Assembly: GCA_964016885.1 (NCBI GenBank)
Contig: OZ024746.1
Location: forward strand, 41,292,001-41,356,000
Source of the DNA: Eledone cirrhosa
Taxonomy: Eukaryota
Direction: 5' to 3'
DNA length: 64,000 bases
How positions within the stretch are numbered: the stretch's first letter is position 1; each line of letters begins with the position of its first letter. A model generated the notes under the pieces. It ran no database searches. It had not been told where the DNA came from and was given only the letters and a program-made list of their open reading frames with translations. Shown here one piece after another: positions 41,802 to 53,677 of the stretch. The position numbers and the translations under genes were made by a program.

Positions 41802-44800
41802 TTACAGACACATATTCAGAGTAGGCCCATTCACTTGGGCCATACTTGCTTCTCTCACCCATCTTTCAAAAAAATGCTGGGAAGAGACCACTTCCCTCTC
41901 TACCCTGATTTTCCTTTTCAAATGAAATTTGAAAAAGTTAATCAGGGCATCACCGAAGAGGTAAGTGCTCGTCTTCAGCCCTTTCAAACGTGTCCACCAT
42001 ACTATCTCTTTCGCCATGGCCACCAGACAGATAAAAACTGCCTGCCCTTCCCGGCTAAAGGAGGAGGGCGGGGCAATCCTCACGATGGACTCAGCTGATA
42101 GCTGGATCCGTCCTACACGTGACAGCAGGTGTTCGACATAAACCCACAAGTCAGCAATGCTCGGACACTGGACGAGTGCGTGCAGGACGGTTTCGTCGCC
42201 CTGTGCGCATCTCAGACATGCCCGGCTGACGGCACCTCCATGCCTGTAGAGTTTATCCCGAACTGGCAAAGCTCCCCGGTAGCACTGCCAGGCCAGGGAT
42301 TTCTGGAAGTTGTCCATAGGCCCCGGCCCGAAAGTCCTTCCGAAGAGATTGGCTAGTTGATTTTCGTCGACGCCTAGAGTTTCTCCAAGTATGTCGTCGT
42401 TCTTCCCATCCACTAATCCTCTATAGAACGCCAAGGTGGAGTTTCCACCGATCACATTGCCCGATTGGTCGAGGGCTGTGAGCGCCTGAAGACATTCCAG
42501 TCTCCAAGCGCTCCCTCTCGGTCTTCGCTTGACCCAGGACTGCAGCTCCATCAAGGAGACGAGCTGGGGAAAAGACGTGTCTAGCAAACGGCGACCACAC
42601 CTGATCACCGTCGAGGAAGAGGTGGAGATGTCGTAGCCTGAGCGCGTGTCTGCGCATCATCAGCCATGGCATGCCCAGCCCTCCACGTAGCGGGTGTTGA
42701 CAGCAGATGGACCGCCTGACCATCGGAGCGCGTCCCTTCCACAAAAAGCGAAAGAGCAAACGCTCCAGCGCAGTCAGGCGGGGCTTAGGACAAGGTACGA
42801 CGGTCAGGCGGTAGTAGATGACGAACGCGATGTACGCGTTAGCCACCTCCGCTCGACCTTTCAGGGATAGCTTCCTCTCGGCCCATTTCTGGGTGAGAGA
42901 AGCCACCCTGCTCGTCACCTCGTCCCAGTTTTTGTCCGTCTGGAGGTCTGGACCGGACCAGACCCCTAGCAATTTAACCGGTCCGTCCGTCCAGCGCCCG
43001 ACGACGCTGTTGGACGGCATGGACCTGCCTCTCCAGGTGCCGAGCTGCAGGCCCACTGACTTTTCCTGGTTGATCATTGCTCCTGTCACCGCTTCGTATT
43101 CTCTTAGTGTAGTGCCGATCGCCTCGATGTGTTTGGCGTCGACACCACTACGGTGACATCGTCCGCATATGCTGACACGGATCTTCCGCATCCTAGTTCG
43201 CGCGGGACCCCCCTCAACGTCTCCAGTTTGTGCAGTAATGGCTCGAGAGTCAATACGTACAATAGGGACGAGAGGGGACATCTTTGGCGGACCGAGCGCA
43301 TGATGTTGAACGGTTCCGAAAGGTGACCGTTCACTCTCACTACAGAGCAGATGTCGCTGTGCATGGCAGCGATCCAGCCTCTGAAGACGGGCCCAAAGCC
43401 AGCCGCCCTCAGGACTGCCGCTAGGTAACGATGGTCGACCCTATCGAAGGCTTTCGACTGATCTAAATTGATCAAAGACCCACCCGTGCCAGGTTCCCTA
43501 GCTACCCTCTCTACGATGTATCGCATGAGATGGAGGTTGTCGTGGATGGATCTGTCGGGAATGGCGCATGTCTGCGCCTCTCCCACCAGACCACCAACGA
43601 CAAGCGCTAACCTCTTTGCTAGCACCTTGGCCAAAATCTTGAACTCTGTGTTTAGCAGAGTTATGGGCCTAAAATTATCTATGTTATCCCCCTTGTTCGG
43701 ATCCTTTCTCAGCAGCGCCACCGCTCCTCGGCTCACAGAGCTGGGAATTCTCCCGTTCTGTTGCCAGTTGCAGTAGACGTCCGCCAAGAGGCCTCCGAAC
43801 AAGTCTGGCATTTGTACGTAAAGTTCATAGGGCAGACCATCCAAACCAGGCGATTTACCCCTTGTGCAGCCAGTCATTGCCTCCCGTACTTCAGCGGCTG
43901 TTATCGGCTTTTCGCAACACTCCGCCTCAGTGGCCGAGAGCCGCGGCAGTCCGTCGAAGTAGACACTAAAGTCCACCCCTCGATCCGGCCCGCCACTTCC
44001 CCCGAACAGTTGAGCGAAGTGTCGCTGAAAAGCTTCATACATTTTCCCGGGATCGAGTAGCATGCGCCCGTCGTGGTCCACCAAAGACCGGATCGTGGCT
44101 TTGTTGCCACGACGCGCCTCCGCCACTCGGGCCCATTGAACGGCTTTCGTCCCCTCGTGTCTGAGAGCACGCACCCTAGCTCTGACAACGCAGCCTTCGT
44201 GCTTTGCATTGAAGAATTGGTCAAGGGCCAATTTCGCCGCAAGTACGCCGGTCGCGATGCCTTTGCTAAGCGCCTCGTCTAATTTTCTAACTAATTCTCC
44301 CTCTGCTCTATTTTTCTCTATTGCTAAAGCCTTACTAAACCTAATGGACTCTATTCTAATTGCTCTTTTCAGAGCAAACCACCACTTGTTGTTGACGATA
44401 GCCCCCGTCAACGCCCGCTTAACTAGTTCGCTAATCCGGTCTCTGTAGGCCTTGCGCGCTGGTAAGGACGCGTTTAGCTTCCAGTAGCCGGGTCCTCGTC
44501 TATGAAGCCTATCTAAGTCAAGCACACAGATCACGAATTTGTGGTCCGTGTAGCTGACTATCTTGAATTGTGGACAGCCTATGCTAGACCTATCTATTTC
44601 CCTACAAAATACTCTATCTAGATATGATCTGGATGACCCTATGCGATTTGTCCAAGTCCACATTGGTACATTCGGGAAATCCAATCGGTACCTGTCAGAC
44701 AGTTCAAAACGCCTGAGCAGGTTGGTGAGACTCTTGCACCCTCCTTCCCTATCCACTAATCCCACACAATCCCAGCGTGCATCTAAGATCCCGTTCCAGC

Positions 44801-45220
44801 CGCCCACTAACACTAAAGAGCGGGACGTTCCAAGAAAGGTCTCCAGACGCCGGAAGAAATCAGGCCACCCTGCTCCTGTCGGGGCATAGACGGCCACTAG
44901 CCTGAAAGCTTGCCCGTCTCCGCTGGTCACGTCCAGCCCCACCAACTTACCTTCTGGGTCCAGGAAGATGGCCCGTATGGCGAGATCCAAACCTCTCCGA
45001 AAAAGCACAGCAACTCCTCCCCCGATCCCGGACGGCTGGGAGATGCGTACACATCGTAGCCGCCGAAGATCGGTGCGAAGGCCCGTGCTTCGGAGATTCT
45101 GGTCTCGCTGATGGCCACTATATCTATGTTTAGTGACCTGAGGTCGTTGAGCAGGTGGCCCTGCTTCCATGACGACCCCAAGCCACGCGCATTTATGCTG
45201 CCTATTCTGAGTGAGGTCAT
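41802..45220 (-). pseudogene. Tx1/L1 ORF2 (APE endonuclease, RT, C-terminal zinc finger), three frameshifts
   Basis: SINARGL, SETR, VYAP, SYLDR, TDHK, KSPGLDG, FRPITLLN, DQSKAFDRV, AYADD, CLRC..ETVLHALVQC split over ORFs 44927-45220, 43104-45254, 42421-43281 and 41802-42608. Confidence 0.92.
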
Positions 45221-45254
45221 GTTGAAATGGAGTGGAAAAGATGGGAAAGACCAC

Positions 45255-46790
45255 TTACCTTACTTCTCGTAGAGGAAGGACGGTTTCTCCATCCTTTTCA
45301 CTGCTTGTGGCCTCCTCAGGAAGGATGTCCTTATAAATCCTCCTGGAGAGTGCTTGTCGGAAGTCTCCGATGTCTTTGGGGAATTTTTGTTTTAGTGTAA
45401 TGTACGTTTTCTGTGTGATGCGAGTGATTTGTATGTGTGGAGGTGGTGTGAACTTTTGGGTTGTTGTGTAGTCTTTTTCTGTGATGCTGGTGTTGTGTTG
45501 GATGTAGTGTAATAATTGGTTGTTGTTCAAATTTAATGCTGTGTAGTGTGTATCGTTTTGGATGTTTTGTTTTGTTTGTGTTTGTTGTGGGTTTGTTTCT
45601 GTTTCGCTTTTTGGTATTGGTGATGGTGGTGTTGGGGTTAATGATGGTGATGGTGTTGGTGTTTGGGGTGATAGGGTTGGTGATGCTGGTGTGGATGGGG
45701 GCATATCTGTCCTAACTTTTTTGTTTGATAGTTTGTTTCCCTCTGTATTTTGTTTTTGGAGGGGAAAGGAAGAGAATTTTTTCTTTTTTGGTTTCTTCTT
45801 TTTTTTTCGTGATACCGTTTCCCACTCCTCGTCGTCACAATCTGTCTCCAGTTGCGATAGGCCAGGGAGTGGAAAATCCTCCACAGGCGTTAGTTTTGGT
45901 TGTGGCGTGGTGGATGGTGTAGGCGCTGGTGCTAGTTCTGGCGCGTTGGGTGGTGGTGGTGTTGGTTTTGCTACTGTTTCTGGGGTTGTTGCTGTTACAG
46001 TTGCTTCTGTTGTTGCTGCTACAGTTGTTGCTGCCATCTCTGCTGCTGGTGGTGTTGATGGTTGAGTCACTGGGGTGGGTAGGAGAGGTGGCCTTAGGTG
46101 GGTTCCTTCACCACAAACGACACACCTAGGCCTTCTGCCCTCAACGATTACGGTGAGGTGGCTGCCGTCAGTGAGGTCTATTACCTCTGGGATCTCCTCA
46201 ATGCTTTTTTGGTCCGCTTGGATCAGGAGCTCCATCCCAGATCCGGACCAGTTCTCCTGCTTTTCTTTCGCTATTTCGATTATCTTGGTGTTGGCTTCGA
46301 TGCCGGCGAGGACGGCAGCTATTAGCCAGGGAATTTCGATTACCATTTTTTTGGCTTCTTCTAATTCCTCCTGAGTTACCTGAAATGCTTCGCACTGTTT
46401 TGCTACTCTGGCAAAATTCAGGGTGGTTTTCTTAATGGCATTGTTGTTGTTGTTATCGTTATTTTTGTTATTGTTAATTTTAGTTTCACTTGTGGTGGTG
46501 GCGTCAGTGGTGTTCGGTGTGGAAGAGTTCATTTTGGTTGAATTCATTTCGATATCACGAGTTAATTTATTTTTTTCTTTTGTTTCTGTTGTCGCGGTGG
46601 TGGTGGTGGTGGCGGCTTTAACACCTGCAGTCATTGGTAATGGCGGGAAATGAATGTCTGCCTGAGACAAATTTAAAATATTGCTACTGCTTATATTTGT
46701 TTTAGTGTTGGCAAACGTAGTAATATTTACAATGATGGTGTCGGTGTGAGGTGTTAGTTTGTGAGAAAGGAGTGACTCTGAGTCAGCCAT
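45255..46790 (-). CDS. Tx1/L1 ORF1 (gag-like), Thr/Pro-rich, incomplete zinc knuckle
   Basis: 511 aa open, directly upstream of ORF2; GRRPRCVVCGEGTHL; WETVSRKKKKKPKKKK. Confidence 0.8.
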   Translation of the reverse strand: MADSESLLSHKLTPHTDTIIVNITTFANTKTNISSSNILNLSQADIHFPPLPMTAGVKAATTTTTATTETKEKNKLTRDIEMNSTKMNSSTPNTTDATTTSETKINNNKNNDNNNNNAIKKTTLNFARVAKQCEAFQVTQEELEEAKKMVIEIPWLIAAVLAGIEANTKIIEIAKEKQENWSGSGMELLIQADQKSIEEIPEVIDLTDGSHLTVIVEGRRPRCVVCGEGTHLRPPLLPTPVTQPSTPPAAEMAATTVAATTEATVTATTPETVAKPTPPPPNAPELAPAPTPSTTPQPKLTPVEDFPLPGLSQLETDCDDEEWETVSRKKKKKPKKKKFSSFPLQKQNTEGNKLSNKKVRTDMPPSTPASPTLSPQTPTPSPSLTPTPPSPIPKSETETNPQQTQTKQNIQNDTHYTALNLNNNQLLHYIQHNTSITEKDYTTTQKFTPPPHIQITRITQKTYITLKQKFPKDIGDFRQALSRRIYKDILPEEATSSEKDGETVLPLREVR

Positions 46791-47002
46791 GATGTTTCAA
46801 AGAAAAATTTTTGTTTGATAATTATAAAAGTTTAAATTTTGGGCTCAAGGCCCCAATCTTTTTGGGTGTCCTTTTCAGATAACAATGTATATGCACTTAT
46901 ATAGAGTTAACAATAACATTTTCCATGAATGGCAATTTTGAACAACTGAAAATAACAAACCTTTGCGGAGCTCACGATGATACGATTTACTACGTAGGTC
47001 GC

Positions 47003-47029
<27 letters not shown>

Positions 47030-47033
<4 letters not shown>

Positions 47034-47220
47034 TGTTTCTACTTTTGGCACAAGGCCAGAAATTAACCAGTACATTACTAGTACTTTATTTTATCGACCC
47101 TGTAAGGATGAAAGGCAAAGTTTACCAGGTGGGATTTGAACTCCGAACGTAAAGGGCCATAACTCTATGCCACGAAGCATGTTGGCCGATACTCTACCGA
47201 TAGTACCAGTTCGCCGCCCT
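47030..47220 (-). mobile_element. SINE family A
   Basis: Shared motifs, (ATT)n tail. Confidence 0.85.
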
Positions 47221-47223
47221 AAT

Positions 47224-50200
47224 CATCATCATCATCATCATCATCATCATTGTCATCATCGTTTAACGTCCATCTTCTACGCTTGCATGGGTTTGGACGG
47301 GAGGTTTCCCACTTGAGGCAAGATTTGTTGTCCTGCTTGTATAGGACTGTCTGGCGGGCTTTCTATGGCTGGATGCCCTTCCTAACACCAACCACGTTTA
47401 CAGTGTGGACTGGGAGGTTTTTACCGTGTAACCTACACGGCCACATTACAGCGTGGACTGTGTGTTTTTTTGTCGTGACACCTACACGACCACATTTGTT
47501 TCGGACTGGATGTTGTGGTACCAACATAACTTCACATTTAAGGGGGTGGTGTGGATGGGGTGGGGGTAGTGGGACGGGGGTGGGTGGGTGTATTTTGTTA
47601 GAGCTGCCTACTGACTGTAGGTTTCGCTTTGTACTTAGGCAAGGCGGGTCTTCTGTATGACTGTGTAGCGCCAAAGATCTCGGTCCAGTGATATTGTCTT
47701 GGAGAGGTGTAAGTGTGTGAGGTCGGAATTTATCAAGTCGGAATTTATTCTGGGTCTGCCTACTCTGTGGCTAGCGTCTATTTTTATCGCCCTGCACTTT
47801 TTTATACAGCTGTCATCTTTCATGCGCATCACGTGACCGTACCAACGTAGTCTTCTCTCGAGTAAACAACATCTGATCCCTCTTATTCCTAATTTCTCCC
47901 TTAGTTCGTTTATGCTTTGCCGTTCACGTATATTACTATTACACATCCAGCGGAGCATGCAAGCTTCGTTTCTCTCCAGTCTGCGTATATCCTCTGCCCA
48001 CAATGCCCAGGTCTCACTGCCATGTAACATTGCTGTTCGTATGCAGGCATCATACAGGCTGCCTTTCATTTTTAGAGAGAACCCTTTAGCAGCCAATAGT
48101 GGTATAAGTTCTCTGAACTTTTTCCATCCCGTCCTGATTCTAGCTACTGTACTTTCAGAGCACCATCCTCCACTGCTGATTTTGTCACCCAGGTAACGGA
48201 AGGTGTCCACTATTTCTATAGAACCATCTGTGCAATGGAATGAGCTAGTATTCTGTGGGCACTTGCTGCTACTTATTGCACCAGAGCACCGGCCACATAT
48301 AAAATCTATATTCTTAGTTAGCTTACCTGTGATCCCACTACATCTTTTATGCACCCATACTTTGCATTTGGGACATAAAATGGAGTTTCTGCCTACTCCT
48401 TTCCTACACACCGAGCATGGCCATTTCCCAGATGGGACCGGTGCCCTATTTTCCTTCCTACAAACTAGAACTTTAGTCTTAGACAAGTTAACTTTAAGGC
48501 CTTTTGATTCTAGGCCATGCTTCCATGTTTGGAATTTCTTCTCTAGTTCAGCCATTGATTCAGCTATGAGCGTTAGATCATCTGCATATAGGAGTTCCCA
48601 TGGGCAGCCAGTCTTGAACTCCTCTGTTATAGCCTGAAGGGCAATAATAAATAGTAGGGGGCTAAGAACGGAGCCCTGATGAACACCAAATTTTACGCTA
48701 AACTCTTCACTATATTCGTTGTTAATTCTAACCTTGCTGACTGTTTCTTTATACATGGCTTGTATAGCTCTCACAAGCCATTCATCAACAACCAGTTTTC
48801 TAAGCGCCCACCAGATAATGGAGTGGGGGACTCTGTCAAAGGCTTTCTCCAAGTCAACAAAAGCTAAGTATAAGGGTTTACTTTTAGCTAGGTACTTCTC
48901 TTGTAGTTGTCGTACAATGAAAAGAGCGTCTGTGGTACTTTTACCTGACACAAACCCGAACTGCATTTCATCTAGATCAATTCGTTCTCTGATTAGTTGC
49001 GCTATTACTTTTTCTGTGACCTTCATGACCTGGTCGATTAATTTAATGCCTCTATAGTTACCCCTATCAAGAGCATCTCTTTTACCCTTGTAGTAGTTAA
49101 TGATGATGCTGCTATGCCAGTCCTTTGGAACGGCCCCATTCTGTATGACTTGGTTTACTATCCGGGTGACCACAGTGTGTCCCACCGTTCCAGATGCTTT
49201 CAGCATTTCAGCAACTGTTTTCGAAGGCCCGGCCGCCTTACCCGTCTTCATATCTTTGATTGCCTTACTTATTATACTACCTTCAACTCGCACTGCTGGT
49301 CCCTCTATTGGATCGATGTGGGGGAGACTGTCTTTCTCCCATTTATTCTCCTCATTTAGTAGCCTTTCGTAGTGACACTTCCAAGCTACCTTCTTATCAG
49401 CGTCAGTGATGGCAAGTACACCATCATCATTAAGGACACACTTCTCCCCGACAATATCACGGTTTTCCTTGACACATTGCCTAGAACACCTCACGTTTTT
49501 GGTCCTCGCGTTGTAGAACATGCTTGAGCTTTCTTTCCTCTGCTTCCCTTCTTGCGAAGTACACTTGTCTCCTAGCTTCCCTCCTGGCCACTTGATAGTC
49601 CTCTCTACTTCCCCCATCCCGCCATACTTTCCAAGCCTGCTTTTTGGCCTTAATTGACTCCTCCACCTTACTATTTCACCACCACGTTACTCTCATCCTG
49701 CCTATAGGCTTGCTCCAGCCACAAACTTCATCTGCCGCCTTCAGCAGGTTAGCATTCAGGAATTCCCACTGTTCCTCTATATTGTACGACTCTAATTGCT
49801 CTTCCTTACTGTCGAAAGCATCAAGTAATATGCTTTTAAATTTATTACTGGCTGTGGGGTCCTTTAGCTTCCATATTTTTCTCCTGAGGATAGTCCTCCT
49901 CTGTTGTCGAGTATGTCTTGTCCTGACTATGAGGTCGCTGACTATGAGTCTATGTTGGGAGGTGCATTCTTCATGGGGGAGGAATTTAGTGTTTACAACA
50001 GACACTCTATCACATCTTCTGGTAAGGATATAATCTATCTGACTGGCGTGTTCCCCTGATCTATAGGTGATCAAGTGATTGTCTCGTTTTTTGAAGTTAG
50101 TGTTACAGATAGTTAGGTTATTTGCGTCGCAGAATTCCAGGATTCTGGAGCCTTCCCCATTTCTAGTACCAAACCCAAAGCCTCCATGGATTCCATCATA

Positions 50201-50913
50201 GCCGTCACAATGTTGTCCAACGTGACCTTTTAGGTCGCCAGCGATAATTACGTAGTCACTGTCGGTTATTTGGGAGGTAGTGAGCATCAATGTCTCATAG
50301 AATCTGTCTTTTATAGCGCCAGGCAGTCCGGTTTGGGGTGCATACGCAGATATTACTGTCACAGTAGTTCTATTTAGGACAAGTCTTATTTTAATTATTC
50401 TGTTGTTCACTCTATTTACGTCTATTATCTTATCTACCCATTTTTCTGCTAACATGATACCTACCCCACCCAGCCGATTTTCATTTCCCACCCAGAAAAG
50501 CTTATAGCATCGTTTTTTACCCACAATTAATCTAGCAGACCCACCCCTCCACCTGGTCTCTTGGATACAGCAAACATCAACCTCCTTACGTTCAAGCATT
50601 TCTACAACCTCGTTAGAGCGACCTTTTAAGGTGCCTACATTCATGGTACCAACTCTGAAGTTTAGGATTGCGTTTGGTGGGTGGGAACGGTGGGGCGTGG
50701 GGAGGGGTGAGGGGGTTGGGGTTATGTTGGCCATCCGCGGCCGAAACAAAGAGGAGTCCTTGTCTTTTTGTCCGGCAGCATGTGGTGAATTTGTCTTTAT
50801 CTTTAGCATTGTCACTGAGTGTCCAGATTTTTCAGACTCTCCAGAATTCCATAGTCCATCCATCATATTGGCAAGCAACAAGTGATAGCATAGGCCGCTG
50901 ACTTATGATTGGT
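47224..50913 (-). mobile_element. Near full-length RTE LINE (subfamily B)
   Basis: APE plus RT with PHD-like insert, 3'UTR, (GAT)n tail; candidate TSD cctaat on both sides. Confidence 0.93.
47635..50881 (-). pseudogene. RTE APE-RT ORF with one nonsense codon (49676) and a 7 bp deletion (~49483)
   Basis: GTMNVGTL, IQETRW, SAYAPQ, IDYIL, SQHRL; TWW*N; gttc-[aggattg]-ctagg missing relative to ~27626. Confidence 0.9.
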
Positions 50914-51689
50914 CCTAATAATAATGGTGGAGAGTGGGGGTGGGTGGGAGGGGTATTGGGTAGTTAGCGAGAGGGTTTAAATGAGATCTTCAAATTTTGG
51001 GCATAATTGGAGAAGCATATAACAGTAATAATAAGCGAATAATGGGGTTTTAAGATACAAGAAGATTATTTAGAAACAACCAGACAGAACTATAGAATAG
51101 CATTGAGAGAGAGCAAAAGATTGGATTCTGGGCAATGATACGGATATATGAATGAATGGCTGGAGAGAGATAAGAAAAATGGCATTTACATTATACTTCG
51201 CAGGGAACGACGAGGTCTGACCATTAATAAGCGTTGACAAATTTTGAGATTCGTACCTTGTAACAGGTTTATTTATATTTGGTGAGAGAAGGGAGTGATT
51301 GAAAGGGTGAACTAGCCGGCGCGTAATACGATATAGTGGGGGCGGGGGTAAAAATAAGAGGGACAATGAGGCCATTTTATAAATCCTAGAATTTTTCGGC
51401 CAAAATTAAACAAACAAGATTGTTAATTTAGAAATAATGGTTTCTGATTTAGACACAAGGCCAACAATTTGTGGAAGTGGAAAGTCGATTAAATTGACCC
51501 CAGTGTGTCTTCCTTGCTATTCTCCTGGGTAATGCAATCTGTATCCTGTTAGCTGGGACCCAGAGGCAGAGGGCAAGTTAGTTGGTAGTGGAGGATACTT
51601 GTTCCTCCCGTCACAACAGGAGGAAACGTAGAAACATGATAATTACTGATGATGTCACAGATATGCGTGATGAAAGAACTCTGAGAATC

Positions 51690-51870
51690 TATATTTATAT
51701 TTGTATTTTTAACTGTTGGTCAATCAATGATAAACATTGATTGCCAGCTGAATTATTTATAGAAATATAAAAATATACTGAAGTGAAAACCAAAGCAAAC
51801 AGTGAGTGTGTTTTACTATATTTTTCTGGCAATATTAGAACAACATGACCCTCCACAAATATAACAATAT
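51690..51870. repeat. Unclassified interspersed repeat (inverted copy at ~62785-62965, fragment at ~27289)
   Basis: gagggtcatgtt..aatattgccagaaaaatatagtaaaacacactca shared. Confidence 0.7.
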
Positions 51871-51934
51871 CAGTTTCAACACACAATTTCATATCAAAAA
51901 CCTCGCAAAACAAATACATCGCCACCACAATAAT

Positions 51935-52125
51935 AATTGTTTCTACTTTTGGCACAAGGCCAGCAACTATCCCAGTGCATTACTGGTACTTTATTTTATC
52001 AACCTCGCAAGGATGAAAAGTAAAGTTAACCTTGGTGGGATTTGAACTAAGACCGTAAAGGGCCGTAACTCTAGGCTTGCAAAGCATGGTGTCAGACGCT
52101 CTACCAATACTGCCAATCCCCGCCC
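51935..52125 (-). mobile_element. SINE family A
   Basis: Shared motifs. Confidence 0.85.
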
Positions 52126-52149
52126 TAATAATAATAATAATAATAATAA

Positions 52150-52704
52150 TTGGTGGGAGCATCAACCACCTCCCATACTTGAAAAAGATCACATCTCAAT
52201 CTTGTGGAACTTTAGCATCCAAACAGACCGAAAAATAGATGCAAATAGACCTGATATAATATTGAAGGACTTTAAAAAGAGGGTATGCCTGCTAATTGAT
52301 ATGTCCGTTCCAATAGACAAGAATGTATCTATAAAAACATTTGAAAAATTGAGCAAGTATAAGGACCTGGAGATAGAAATTGGAAAAATGTGGAAATTGA
52401 GAGCTAAAACAATACCAGTGGTTGTGGGTGCTCTGGGAATGATACCTAAGGGGTCTAATGATTACTTATCGCAAATCCCAGGAAACCCGCGTATAGGAGA
52501 AATACAAAAGATAGTACTAATGGGAACTGCCCATATACTAAGGAAGATTCTGTCAATATAAGTACATCACAAGTCTAAACACTAAAGATGCATGTGTGAG
52601 TATGTATGTTCTTTCTTGAATATGGCGGACCTTGTTGTCTCTTGAGGTCACTGGTTGTGACTTGGCGATAACTCGTATGAACATAAAGCAAGATAAATGC
52701 AACT

Positions 52705-52705
<1 letters not shown>
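52150..52705 (+). mobile_element. 5'-truncated R4/Dong-clade LINE (restriction-like endonuclease C-terminus) in (TAA)n
   Basis: LWNFSIQTD..NRPDI..IDMSVP..EKLSKYKDL..IPVVVGALG..GTAHILRK; (TAA)n on both sides. Confidence 0.88.
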
Positions 52706-52741
<36 letters not shown>

Positions 52742-52744
52742 TAA

Positions 52745-52957
52745 TTTCTACTTTAAGTTCAAGGCCAGCAATTTGGAGAGAGGGGAAAGTTGATTATATT
52801 GACCCCAGTACATTACTGGGACTTTATCTTATTGACCCCGTAAGGATGAAAGGCAAAGTTAACCTCAGCGGGATTTGAACTCAGACTGTAAAGGGACGTA
52901 ACTATGCTAGAAAGCATGGCGTCCAACCCTCTACCGATACTGCCAATTCACCGCCCC
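52745..52957 (-). mobile_element. SINE family A
   Basis: Shared motifs. Confidence 0.85.
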
Positions 52958-53677
52958 TGCAATAATAATAATAATGATAATAAATTTATAAATAAAATAT
53001 TACAAAAACAACAAAACTTTTCTTAAATAACAAGAAAAGTAAAAATAAAGAAAAATATCTTTTTGATGGGAGTGAAGGTGGGTGAGGTACAGGGGTAGGA
53101 ATTGAAAATATAACATTGATTAATGGGGGTATGTGTATATGTTTGTATGACAATATCAATGTAAATGTGTTTGTGTGAAAATGCAACTGCAATTGTGTGT
53201 GAATGTGGACTTATGTATGTAATTGTGGGTGAAATTATGTATGTATTATGTTTATATGCGTGTGTGTGTATGTGTGTGCATGTATGTGTGTTTATGTGTG
53301 AGAGCGTGCATGTGTGTGTGAATGCATGTATGTGTGTGTATGTGTATGTATGTTAGTGTGTGAACTTATGAATGGAAACATATTTAAAATTATGTATGTA
53401 TTATATGTTTGAATGTGTACGTATGTATGTGTGTGTGTGTGTGTGTATGTGTGTGTGTGTGTGTCTGTGTGTGTGCATATGAACTTACATATCTAATTGT
53501 ATGAAATAATGTATGTAACTGAGTGTGTGTATGTGTAAAATTATATTTTTAATTGTTTGTGCAAAAATATATATGCAATTGCGTGTGTGTGTGTGTGTGT
53601 GTGTGAAAATGTATACAACTGTTTGTGGGAAATTATGTATGTAAGTAAGTATCAAGTTGTGGGAGTAGAATTATATG

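Larger units (their letters stand above)
41556..47005 (-). mobile_element. Near full-length L1/Tx1-clade LINE inserted in (TAA)n
   Basis: 5'UTR, ORF1, APE-RT-CCHC ORF2, AATAAA then (ATT)n; (TAA)n on both flanks. Confidence 0.92.
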
